Assembly: GCA_951406725.2 (NCBI GenBank)
Contig: OX597837.1
Location: 15,996,001 to 16,060,000 of the forward strand
Origin: Octopus vulgaris
Taxonomy: Eukaryota
Direction of reading: 5' to 3'
Length of the DNA stretch: 64,000 bases
In this document: positions 28,873-41,952 of the stretch, in pieces
Layout of the letters: each line of letters starts with the position of its first letter
How positions within the stretch are numbered: position 1 is the first letter of the stretch
Notes under the pieces: model-generated
What the model was told of the DNA's origin: nothing
The model's database searches: none
The model's input: only the letters and a program-made list of their open reading frames with translations
Program-made: the position numbers and the translations under genes

Positions 28873-29030
28873 GCAGCCGGCAATTTCCAATGTGAACTAT
28901 ATTGAAGATAGCCGATATTTTCCAGTCTGACCTCGATGGAGGCAGCCGACATACATCAGCGTGAATTCAATGAAAGCAACCGACATATACCAGAATGAAT
29001 TCAATGAAGACAGCAGATATTTATTAGTAT
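28873..29030. repeat. Degenerate ~34-bp minisatellite, ~4.5 copies
   Basis: Unit approximately GCAGCCGACATACATCAGCGTGAATTCAATGAAA. Confidence 0.8.
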
Positions 29031-29550
29031 TTGAGATAGTCTACATGTTCCAGTATTTGAAGAGAGGAGGGAAAAATCTGAGTGCGAGTTGGTTGCTATT
29101 TTCAGTAGATTGAATGTCTGCTCGTTCGCTCAGTATGAAAATGTTAGAAAACGAAAAAAGGTTAGAGAAATGAAAATGGCTGCAGTCAGGAATTGAAACC
29201 GTTATATCAGCCGTCTTATCTGATTTATGACATAATTGATATATCATTGTGCAAAAGATGTAATTGTGCCAATTAATCCCTTTATATTCTGAGTTCGATT
29301 CCCGTTCGGTTAGATTTTGATATTACATCACTCTGGGGTCAGTAAACTATATATACCCGTAATATGTTGGGAAGGCAATTTGGTGGACATATACCATTCT
29401 AATACACCTGCTTGTTGCTCCCTCATACATCTTCGTCTTTTGTTTTCTGTAAATTTGAAATTTATATACACACGTACATACATGCATGCATACATACATA
29501 CAAACATACATACATACGTACATACATACACACACACATACATACATACA

Positions 29551-29585
<35 letters not shown>

Positions 29586-30103
29586 GCGTATAAACATACA
29601 AATATGTATACATGTATATATAAAGGAAATGAATGGACAAACGCAGTACAACATACGTTTGTGAGGCATAAAAAGCCATATTGTGAGTGTAATTACTTAA
29701 TTATCTGTGATGTAATCTGCTTCTCTGGTAGGTACGAATCGATTCCATACTGACTGAGATATTCCATTTGACGCCCAACAGTTCTTTCCCAACGAACAGG
29801 CAAACCATGAGCAAAGTCACTCGCATTATGGCATCTTTTTCCCCGCCTCAGAATCGTTCTTCGTCGGTCATTGTATTTGTCCAGATTTACTGCATCCTTT
29901 GAAACTTAACTTGCTCTCGAAACTGGAATTGTGTAGCATTTCTAATCTTATCAAGATTTCTCCATTTTTTTTTAAACATGGGATGAAATGTCTCTGATAT
30001 AGTGATTAATAAATCTTATTTATCGATTATTTTTTTCCCTTCGAGTGTCCTACTTATGATGCTAATAAGCTGTTGACCACAATCAACTGGATCCTATTGA
30101 ACT

Positions 30104-30154
<51 letters not shown>

Positions 30155-30282
30155 GTCTGTCTGTCTATCTGTCTAAGTGTCTGTGCGTGCTTGTGTGTGT
30201 TCTATAGATACACACACATACACACACCCACACAAGCACGTACACGAACACACACGCACCCACACACAGACGCACAAGCACA

Positions 30283-30320
<38 letters not shown>

Positions 30321-30506
30321 TAGATAGATATATATATAGATAGATATATATATAGATAGATAGATATAGATAGATAGATAGATAGATGATCATGTGCTAG
30401 TGATTTAAGCATACTACCCAAAACCAAACAGGGAAGAGAGCGAGAGAGCGAGAGAAAGTATGTATGAGAGAGAGAGATAGTGAGGGAGTGAGATAGAGTA
30501 TGTGTG

Positions 30507-30574
<68 letters not shown>

Positions 30575-30727
30575 TACCATGTCACATGTTCTTAGCTTTT
30601 TCACGGCTAGGTTTGATTTTTGGGGAGACTTAGCTGTTGTTTCTAGCCTGCCGAATGGCCGCATAGATTTCTCCCCTTTCTTTGTTTATTCAGTTGTTGT
30701 TACCCAATTTTCGTCGTAGAGTCCACA

Positions 30728-30780
30728 CCACCGCTGCCACCGCTGCCACCGCTGCCACCGCTGCCACCGCTGCCACCGCT
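30728..30780. repeat. 9-bp tandem repeat (CCACCGCTG) x~6
   Basis: Directly visible. Confidence 0.9.
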
Positions 30781-31052
30781 ATACCCCCCCCCCCCGCCTA
30801 GTAACATAATATCACGTGATCTTGGTATTTGAGATATTTAGTGTCACATGATACTCTTACACGCTCTCCCCTTCACTCCTCTCCCCTGCTCCTCTCTCGG
30901 TAACACCTGCTAATGGCTTGCTATCACCATGACCATTGCTTCCTGAAAAGGTACACTTCATTGGCTTTATTTTATACTAACACTTCTCTTAGCAAAGTAC
31001 TAAGGTACTTCTGAAATTAACACTTTGCTCTACTACTACTACTGCTATCATC

Positions 31053-31195
31053 AAGGTGGCACGGCGTAATCGTTAGAGCACTGGTTCCGGCTCTCTCAGT
31101 TCTGAGTTCAAAACTCGCCATTGTAAGGCCAATTATCATGCTGTTAGTCCTTTTGAGGTCGATAAATAAAGTACCAGTCTTGTAATGGTGTAAAT
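31053..31195 (+). mobile_element. OK-like SINE, degenerate
   Basis: AAGGTGGCACGGCGTAATCGTTAGAGCA...TTCTGAGTTCAAA...GGTCGATAAATAAAGTACCAGT. Confidence 0.65.
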
Positions 31196-31372
31196 TTTGC
31201 TTCCTACTTCCCCTCCACCCCCGCTCTCTCTATATCTATATTTCAAAGATCAACGAATTACATTAAGAGTACATCTGCCCGTGGACAAATACAATGATTT
31301 CAATGTAGAAATCTTGTTGGTTGAATGCACATCGTCAAAACGGACGGATAATCCGTAGGCTATGGGATTATA

Positions 31373-31565
31373 GGAGCAGGAATGGCTATGTGGATTATAG
31401 GCTATGGGATTATAGGAGCAGGAATGGCTATGTGGTTAAGAAACTCGCTCGGCAGCCACGGCGCTTCGGAGTTCATTCACACTACGTGACACCTTGGGCA
31501 GGGTCTCGGACCGACCAATGTCTTTCGAGTCAATCTGGCAGACGGATTCTGTGTGAAAGCCTATC
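31373..31565 (+). mobile_element. OR-like SINE 5' part with a 42-bp tandem duplication across its head
   Basis: TAGGCTATGGGATTATAGGAGCAGGAATGGCTATGTGG occurs twice, then GGAGTTCATTCAC..CACCTTGGGCA. Confidence 0.65.
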
Positions 31566-32611
31566 GTATGAACCACGCCCCCACCCCACCCCACCACCAA
31601 TACCTTGACCTTTGTCCGTCGCTCAACAAAGCAATTAACTATTGCCAGTCCATGTTTCTGAAGATGGCGGCAATATTAATTTGCGTTCTGAGTTCGAATT
31701 CGACTTTAGAACTGGGATCGATTCTTCTCCCCACCCCAGCATTCTCCATCGTCTCTCTCTCTCTCACTCTCTCTCATTGTCTTTCTCTCTCTCTCTCTCT
31801 CTCTCTCGCGTTGTATCTCACTCTCTCTCTCTCGCGTTGTATCTCACTCTCTCTCTCTCTTTCTCGTTGTCTTTCTCTCTCTCGTATCTCTCTCTCTCTC
31901 CTTCTCTTTCAGAATCGGCTATTCTCTGCTGGAAGGGGGGGGGGTCTGAAGGACCGCTCACAGCATCCTTTGCTCTCAGAAATAGGGGAAGAGAGCAATT
32001 TTTTCTTCATTCAACGAGTTACAAATGTCAGCCCACGAGATCAGAAACGGTGGACGTAGACAGACCGACCTGTTTTACATCACAGAACTGTTTTCTACCT
32101 GGCGTCTTTCAACACTACGTAAAAGGTGGGCTTTCAGAAAGCACACCTTACAAACAGGTGTCCAACAGGTGTCAAAGATTCGTCCGAGAATGTTTGTCAG
32201 GATCCCCACTCTTACAGGTGTCAAAGATCATGGTGTACGAGGCCTTCCCTGTAGGGTGCGCTGGCAGCAGATAGACCTGACCAATGGAACTCTCGCTCTT
32301 TCTCTCTCTCTCTCACACATATCTCCCTCCCTCTCTCGTTCATTCTCTCTTTCTCTCCCTTCACTCTCCCTCTCTCTTTCCCTATCTGACCCAATCTCCC
32401 TGTCTCTCACCGTTTCTCTGTTTCTCTCCCCACCACACCCTGTACGATATTAGATAGAATAGGTCCTATCGACAGCCGTTTCGATTCTTTGTCTCTTCCA
32501 TACTCCTCTCTTTCTCTCCTCCTTCCAGCTCTTTTTTCTTTCTTTCTTTCTTTCTTTCTTTCTCTCTCTCTCTCTCTCTCTCTCTCCCCCACTCTCCCTC
32601 TCTCCTTTACT

Positions 32612-33267
32612 TCAGCTTTGTGAGAAGGTGCTGAGTCTTGTTGAAACACGTATGACTTCCTACAGCGTATGACTTCATCCATCCACGGCCTCTCACAACC
32701 GTCTCCAGCACCTCAACGTATCCAGCAGCATTAATTCTAAGCCACCGCCGAAAGATGTGAGGTGGCATCACATGACCTTCGTTACTCCTCCCAAAACGAT
32801 CACAGTTGCTGCAAACTTAATATGCATCACTCTGACGACATCAGAAGGATCTGCACATAACCATCTGTCATTTCGCTTGTTCCTCTTCAATATATACGAC
32901 TTGTATCGAATGCCCCAGCAACGATACATCGACATCTGAAGTTCTTTGGCGACAGCCATGATTTTCTAGGATCTTTATCGATAATGGTTTTGAACCCGTT
33001 GTATCAACTGCAGCGTTCTTGTAATTTTGCTTACTTTTGATCAGTTGAAACATTCCAGCCATTGGCCTATGATTCTGTTCGAACATTGTCTACAAATTGG
33101 CAGTTTCAAAATCACTGCGTTCCTCACAAATGGTAACAATGTCTCCGTGTCTTTTTATTTCTTCTTTTAACATTTTATCTACCGTGAGCGAGCTTGAAGA
33201 AATATAAGAAAAAAATGCTTTTCATTGGTTAGAAGAGGGTGATATACTGAGTTGACTCCACACCCTG
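32612..33267 (-). mobile_element. Tc1/mariner (maT-like) remnant, one TIR only
   Basis: TA-CAGGGTGTGG terminus at 33267; NKRNDRWLC, KFAATVIVLGGV and YVFQQDSAPSHKA motifs. Confidence 0.75.
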
Positions 33268-33352
33268 TATACATACGTGTGCGTGTGTGTATGTATGTAT
33301 GTATGTATGTATGTATGTATGTATGTATGTATGTATGTATGTGTGAACGTGT

Positions 33353-33391
<39 letters not shown>

Positions 33392-33517
33392 TCACACACA
33401 CACATATGCATGTCTGTGTGCGTCTATATATACATACACACATAAATCTATCAAACAAGGCGATCACACCCACCCTAAGGCCAAAAAATGTTCTTCTAAC
33501 CTAAGGCAAGTACCATT

Positions 33518-33550
<33 letters not shown>

Positions 33551-33916
33551 TTCTTCTTCTTCTTCTTCTTCTTCTTCTTCTTCTTCTTCTTCTTCTTCTT
33601 CTTCCTCTTCCTCCTCTGAAATTACAAACGAAAATTGAGAGTGGAAGCACCGACCATGTCGCCTGACATTGTGTCAAGCAAACAAATTAGGAGAATTGAA
33701 ATAAATAAAGGTTGCAAGTGGGAGGTCATCTGCGATGCGAGGGAGACGGGCTCTCGCTGGTGTCTTCAACAGATCTTGTCATCAGTGATATGGGATCTTG
33801 TTGAACGGAGCGTGAAACGACGACAAATTAGGTTACCTGTATTACACGGGCCCATAGACAGACACGTCTAGGCACATGTTCGCACACACAACAGCAGTGT
33901 GTGTGTGTGTCTGTGA

Positions 33917-33957
<41 letters not shown>

Positions 33958-33972
33958 TATATATATATATAT

Positions 33973-34013
<41 letters not shown>

Positions 34014-34792
34014 TATATATATATGCTATACACGTACACACATTGTCTACTTGATTGTGATTAGCAAGAAGCCCAACAGAGAGCTCACACACATACACAC
34101 GCACACACAACTACACACACACACAACTACACACACACACACAACTACACACACACACATGTCACTCACACCGAAAGGGCCTTATCGGCTGGGTTTCCAC
34201 TTACCAAAAGATTGCTATATCATCTGTTGTTCTTCTTGACTTTATTGTGGCTGTGACCATTGTGGTGGAGCTAGTGTTGGAGGGGGGTGACGGTATCGGT
34301 GGTGATGGTGTTGGTGTTGGTGGTGTTGGTGGTGTTGGTGGTGGTGGTGTTGGTGGTGGTGGTGCTGCTGCTGCTGCTGCTGAAGAGAGTCTGATGAAAG
34401 AGGATATATTTGTCACATCGGTTTCCAGTTAGGGGTTCAGAAATGAGCCCGAAGATGAGGAGAAAGAGGGGGAGGTGGAGAAGTAGAAAGAATAAGGGAC
34501 AAAGGGATAGAGAAAGAGAGAAAGAAGGGGAGAATGCGAGAAAAAGAGAAAGAGGAGGGAGTGAAGCAGAGAGAGAGAGAGAGAGGGCAGGGGTGAGAGG
34601 TGAGGGAAAAGAGAGAGAGAGAGAGAGAGAGACCAACAAGCACAAAACTAATAAGATTGGAATCTTATTAGCATGAATCATTATCGAACATGTATACACA
34701 CACACATTCACACACACACACGCACGCACGTACACACACACATAGATAGATACGCACATACATACACATGTTTATATATACACATATATGTT

Positions 34793-34838
<46 letters not shown>

Positions 34839-35599
34839 CATACAAATCTATCTATCTATCTACATTTTCATACACATAGTTTTTATGTCTTCTGTCGCCC
34901 AAAACCCCATAACTTATCTCTTTTAGCTGAGAAAATATCTGCAAAGGTTTTGATGACTTTTTAATCACAACTCATGGCTACGAAATGTCTGTTGGTTCTT
35001 CTATTATTTCGACGTTAAACCATCAACCAATTTAGAGAAGTGAATTTAGATGGTATAAGTCATATGTTGTAATTCTCTTCTATATTCGTATGTTAAATCT
35101 AGATTAATCGCTAATCCAACCACTGATGGATTTGTCCGGATCGATGTACAACAATCTCGCCTGTTTATAATCTTGCCTCTTTAAAATCTTACCTGATGGT
35201 GATGGAGTACATATTACAATCTAATGTTCTATGAATGCATTAATAAAACTCTACCGAAACAGCTGTCGTACATTTTCAAATACCATTATGTTTATTTTTT
35301 TCAACCTACACCACATCAAGGACTCACACTTGAGTCGGATCTACGGTTTCAATTGGATTTGGTCCTTTCGTGTCCACAATATCCTACCAACACTCGATGT
35401 CTTCAATGCTTTTTACCTCACTGCGAACTCTATCTTATCGTATTGTATAAAACACAAAGAAAGGAGAATGATATAATTCTAAGTTATAATTCATAATCCA
35501 TCATTTGTTTTCGCCGTAAGCAAATGACGGATTGTAATATATTTTGTGTGTAAGGTTTATGAGCGCTGTGATAATGATTTGTGATAAATATCGATGAAT

Positions 35600-36136
35600 G
35601 CAGTAAATTCTTCAGACACTTACGATTCTATCAGCTCACAGACTTCTGATCTTTTATCTCTAGCTCGTTTCAGCTGGGGCTATAGAATTTCCGGTTGTTA
35701 TTGTGACATGGATGTGCTGTGACCTATGATGCAGAATTCCTTGATGTCGCTGGTTACACCACTCACTGGTTTGCTGTTTCGTTTGCGGTTTCTCTTGCAT
35801 AGAAATCTTCGCCCGTTTTCTGTTTTTCTAAGTTTTCTTTTCACTTTATTTAACTCTTCGTGGTTTTGATGTTAGAGTGTTTGGGGTCGTCACTTATTTT
35901 TTTCATTTAAATGTGGTCGGCTAATTCTGGTGTGTTTGGGTTTATATTTTCTTATGTTGCCTTGCGGCTTATATCTTTGGGGGTGCATCTATAATTATTT
36001 TGTTGATTGCATGTACCGCAGTGTCTAGGTTGGTATCTAGAATTCTGAAAAAGAAAAAGAACAAAAAACAAAAGCAAAAACAAAAAATAAGAAGCAGTCC
36101 ATTCTATTTTTTCGTTTTGTTTTGTGTGTGTGAATA

Positions 36137-36167
<31 letters not shown>

Positions 36168-36370
36168 GCGTATGTGTGTGTGTGTATGTAGTGTGTGTGT
36201 TTGCTTGTTTAAGTTTATAGATTTGTTTTTGTTTTCTTTATTGACATCCGAGTGTGTTGTACTGATAATTGGTAGGTGGTCCTTGTAAAAATGGTGGGTG
36301 CATTGCCAAACGTTTGTGGTTAGTAAGGTGGAGGGAGCAGAAGAGGGGGAAGTGATGTTGCACTTGACTT
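35600..36370 (-). mobile_element. Second remnant of the I/Jockey-type LINE seen at 22960-24055
   Basis: KDHLPIIST (SDHLPI motif); nucleotide similarity of 35950-36030 to 23718-23795. Confidence 0.5.
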
Positions 36371-37866
36371 GATGATGTACGTATTTTATGTATGTTTATA
36401 TGTATGTGTGTGTGTGTGTGTTTAGATTAGTTAAGGTGTAAAAGGAAGCCGAGCTGCGATGCTATCGCGTCACTTCCCCTGTTGTTGTCTGTTCTGTTTG
36501 AAGGCCAGGATGTGTGTGCACTGGAATAGTTGCTGACAAAGGTGGTGCTGCATTTGTGCTTATTATAGCAATACTAGCATACCCGTGTCGTCAAAAATGC
36601 CCACAGTTTTATTAATGATTGAAAACGGGGCATCAAAACAGTGGAAAAACAAGGGGAGAAATCATTGATAAATGTCAACAATCGAGTACATTACACAGAA
36701 TTTAAGCAGTTGAGCAACCAGATGGGTTTGTAAGGTCTCGGTTGAAAATATCATCATCCATCGAATGAAACGCTGCTTCTCCATGGACCAGACTGATTTT
36801 GTATAGCCGGACGCCATCCTCTTCATTAGTCATCACCTGTTTCCAAGTAAGGTAATAGTTCACAATACCGAAACATGATTGGAAACAGAGCACCGCTTGC
36901 ATGACAGTGATACTCGCTTACAACTACTGACCGATGTCAATGCAAGGTGACAGGAAAACACACACACACAAACACACACACACCTAGGATTCTATTAACT
37001 CTTCAATAATGCAAATCCCAAACACATTTATCCTTCCTTCGTTTCTCCAAGAACTGGAAACTGATAATATCCTCGGTTAAGCATTTCCTGCATCTCTCTA
37101 TCTTCTTCTCCTTTTCTTTGTCTTTTACTTTTTCTCTCTCCAATGACGGAGTATTTAGCTCGTCTATTCTAGAAACAGCTGTAAGGCACCCTACCTAGTT
37201 TATATATAACTACTTTGCACGATGTTTCTATTATAAATTCTAAATTGAATGTTCCTGAATGATGCCTAAATGTTCTGCTTGTTCATTATCTCTTATAATG
37301 TATGTATGTATGTATGTATGTATGTATGTATGTATGTATGTATGTATGTATCTATGTATGTATGTATGTATGTATGTATGTATGTATGTATGTATGTATG
37401 TATGTATATTGGTATGTTTCGGGATGGTCAATTTTTTCTAGCCAAATTAACACACGCACTATATATTCGTTCTTCACTTGTTTCTTATTGTTTTTATTCG
37501 ATGACCATTGTTAGGGAGTCTTCCCTCACACACCTGTGATCACTTCAGAGACTACCCCACCCACGTGTTTCCTCCAGTTCTGCTTAGTCCGTCCTGTAAG
37601 AGTGGACTAAACCGTGTTGGTTTGTTTACATCCTGTTGACAATGGTGGTTCGACAAAATAGACCGACAGATGAATTCCTGAGGTCGGTTAACTCACCGTT
37701 TTCTTATATTAATATAAAATGTAAATTAGACCGTTTATCCGTATATATTGAGAAAATTGTCACAATATATCATCGATAATACCAGTGGATCTCTCAATTT
37801 TATAATCCCAAAAGAGGACATTACATCCTCAATCTGACTATACATATACATACATACATACATATA

Positions 37867-37930
<64 letters not shown>

Positions 37931-38009
37931 CACACACACACACACACATATTTACATATATATTTATATAGGTTTACACATACAGACACACACACACACA
38001 AACACACAA

Positions 38010-38087
<78 letters not shown>

Positions 38088-38487
38088 ATGTACGTATGCA
38101 CACGTACACGCACACATGCGCTCTCTCTCTCTCTCACACACACGCACACGTGCATGTTACTATAAGTATGTATTTATGTATAAACACTTGTAGCGTCAGG
38201 TGTGGGAAAAGCGTGATCAGGTCTGAATTGGGAACGATGTGAGCAGACTTTATTAAAATATCCATTTGCAGCGGGTGGCTTTTGGCAGAGGAGAGTGTGT
38301 GAGAGTGGTGGAGAGCGTCAGAGACAAGGGAGACTAGCAACTGAGAGGAAATGGCGATCCCAATTAAGTATGCATATAATTCTAGCCTTACAACAGCTAA
38401 CTTCCTTTCGATGTAATTCAATATTTGATAGCAGATCAAACGCTGCTGTTGTCAGCTTTAATTACCGATAGAGTTAATATATTATGA

Positions 38488-38890
<403 letters not shown>

Positions 38891-39099
38891 ATTATATGTG
38901 CATAAACACTATATTATGTAAGCTGTGTATATAATATATATAGTGTTCATGTTTATGTATATATATATAAATATATATATATATTACATCCACATACACA
39001 TATATACATTATATGTATATGTGTGTGTGGGCGTGTGTGTGTATGTGCATACACATACGTACACATCCATCCTTACATGTGTAAAATATGTCTGAAAAT

Positions 39100-40450
39100 C
39101 TAATATATTAAAAAGAGCAGATTGCAGGTAGAAGAGCGAATCCGGCAGCACACCTGCGAAAGTCGAGTCTCGAACGTTGCAAGCGGGAGGTATGTTGCCG
39201 GGTGTGGCGGATGTGGTGGCAATTGATGAGACAAGTGTGGTGGTGTCGAGGGTGGTTTCGAGGGTGGTGATGGTGGTGGTAGTGGTGGTGGTGGAGCTGA
39301 TGCCGATTGAAGTAGTGGTGATGTTTGTAGTGGAGTGACGATGTCGGAGGTGTTGTTGGTGGTTGTGGAATTGCCATCTTGTAGGTTGTAGTAGGGCAGG
39401 TGGTAATACCCGAGGAAGGTGTGATAGTGTTTCTTAAAGCTATCGTATTTGGAATGGAAGCTAAGGTGGTGCAAGTGGAGGTTGTAGTGGCACTGGTGGA
39501 GGTGGTGATAGGGATGGTGGAAGTCGTACAGGAAATGCTGGAGGTCGTGGTAGTGCTGTTGGAGGCGGTCGTCGTGGCGTTGGATGTCGAGCTGTTGCTG
39601 CTGGCGGTCATGACGAGGTCGTGGTCTTCATTGTAGGAGATGTGGTTGTGAGATAAGGATGCTGGAGATCAGGACAGGTGGGAAAATGAGAGGTAGAATA
39701 AAGTCATTATCGTTGCTCAGACATGTGGGAATGGATAGTGACATGCGCAGACTTGTGTTGCTATAGTAACCAGTCTGTTTCGTGTAGTTCTTTGCTGTTG
39801 CTTAATGATGGTTTCAGGATAGACCCCTTGATTCGTAGGTTGCGTGTGTCACGTTCCGTGGATCTGATGGAAGCAGTAAAGGTCCGAGTTTGGCGCTTCT
39901 GCAGGTGTTTATGCACTGAAGTGTGCATGCAGACTTGTTCTTTGATGCGGATGTGCAGTTTCCTGATGATGTTCTCAACGTAGGACGCATAATATTTGTT
40001 GCATTCCATCTCACATACCATGTAGGCACTTGAGCACATTCTAAAGCTTTTCATGGAACAACTGGACAGTGGACGCCCCACAATGCTGCTTGCAGTTCGA
40101 TTTCTAGACGTAAATTTCCTCAAGGGTGGACCGACGTGCACCATTTGCATGTTTAGTCCCTCCCATCCTGAAGATCGCGTGACAGACTGCAGCGGTGGTT
40201 CTGTCATCGGCGTAGGGGAGTTTCAAGAAGTAGGTGTCAGTCATGGAAATATGAGCCTTCTTATCAAATTTATTAACCTTAGCGTTGTTATGTGCTGTTG
40301 TTTGGTGAAAGATTGTTGGAAGCCGTTGTTTTTTAGGATCTTATGGAACCGTTTGGTGTCAGCAGCTTTGTCAACTGTGTCGTTTTATCAGTCACTTATT
40401 CGTGAGATTTCATTTCGCATGTAGGTGGCTTTGGTTCAAGTGGGCAGCGT
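39100..40450 (-). mobile_element. Second Penelope-like element (RT thumb/linker + GIY-YIG + low-complexity 3' region), decayed
   Basis: KILKNNGF, YFLKLPYADD, then CSSAYMVCEMECNKYYASYVENIIRKLHIRIKEQ..SVHKHL..LRIKGSILKPSLSNSKE. Confidence 0.7.
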
Positions 40451-41468
40451 TGGTTTGTAGTGCACAAAGACAGTCATACTGGATTAAAATAGCCGTTATG
40501 TATCATAATTTATCAATCGTTTATAATATCTACCATGGGCGTGCTGTGTTGTAAGTTAGCCTATGATGATGTATTCACATTAAGCATGATATATAAGTTG
40601 CTATTTTAATCTAATACTACTTTTGTTGCATTTAACATATTTTTATTCAATCGAACGGCTTTCCTATACATCATTTGTTAAAAATGTCAGTTAAGCATGC
40701 TGGATGTGAGCAGACGCTATTGAAAATGTCCAACGAGAAAGAAATGCAATGGCATTCTCGCTCGCTGCAGTAAATATTTTCTTTTAAGCGGAACCCGTCC
40801 ACAAGAGATATCATCTCCGGACGAATACCGCAGTAAATTTGCCTTTCACAATGTATTTACATTAAGTACGATACATAAACGACTGTTTAATTTAATACAA
40901 CTCCTGTTGTACATAACAGCTTTTTGTATTTATTATGTACGTTGCGCCATACATTTCAGGTAAATTGATATATTTATTAGCTGTGTCAAAAAAGCAGACA
41001 CAACTGTTGCTCTAAGCTGGTGGAATCTCACTTCTTGACTGGATTACAACCAACGATACTCTGTTTGCGTATATATGTACATTAATATGTATGCGTATAC
41101 AAACACACACACATACACATATATAAATATACGCGCATCCTACATAAATCTAACTAAAATAGAAGCTTACTTACACATCGCAAAATGCATTTAGACAGAC
41201 CTTAAAGAGACGACTGCTTTGCTTGTTTATGTCTATGTATTTTAATTTGTATGTGTGTGTGTGTGTGTTTGTGTATTTACTATATATATTTTGTATGTTT
41301 TGTTTTCCTTTTAAAGTATTGTATGTTTAGGCTAACCCATGTTTGAAAGTACCTTATCAGTTGCCTACTTAGATTCGTGCGCTATAAAGTACTGCAGAAA
41401 TAATATGGTATGACACCAGCAGCCGCCGTATGGCCGGTTAAATTAATATACTCTCTCTCTCTCTCTCT

Positions 41469-41551
<83 letters not shown>

Positions 41552-41644
41552 GACATACATATATATACTCTCTCTCTCTATATATATATATACATACATA
41601 CATTCATACATATATATGTATATATGCATATAATTATATATGCT

Positions 41645-41952
41645 ATGTTACGGGGACGTAAACATAGCAGCTCCGGTTATCAAGGTTGTCAAGCGGTAGT
41701 GTGGGACAAACACAGACAAAAATACACACAAATACAAATACACACAAGCACATACACGCACACACACACACATACATACACACACATACATACACACACA
41801 CACAAACATATATACATATATGACGGGTTTCTTTCAGTTTCCATCTACCAAATCCACTCACAAAGCTTTGGCTGACCCGAGGCTATAGTAGAAGACACTT
41901 GTTCAAGGTGCTACAAAGTAGAACTGAACCTGGAACCAAGTGGTTGGGAAGC
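41645..41952 (-). mobile_element. OR-like SINE
   Basis: GTTACGGGGACGTAAAC...GACGGGTTTCTTTCAGTTTCC...GGCTATAGTAGAAGACACTTG...GAACTGAACC. Confidence 0.75.

Noticed and set aside
28873-29030. CRISPR-like periodicity
   Set aside because: Contiguous diverged units without unique spacers, eukaryotic context, no cas genes
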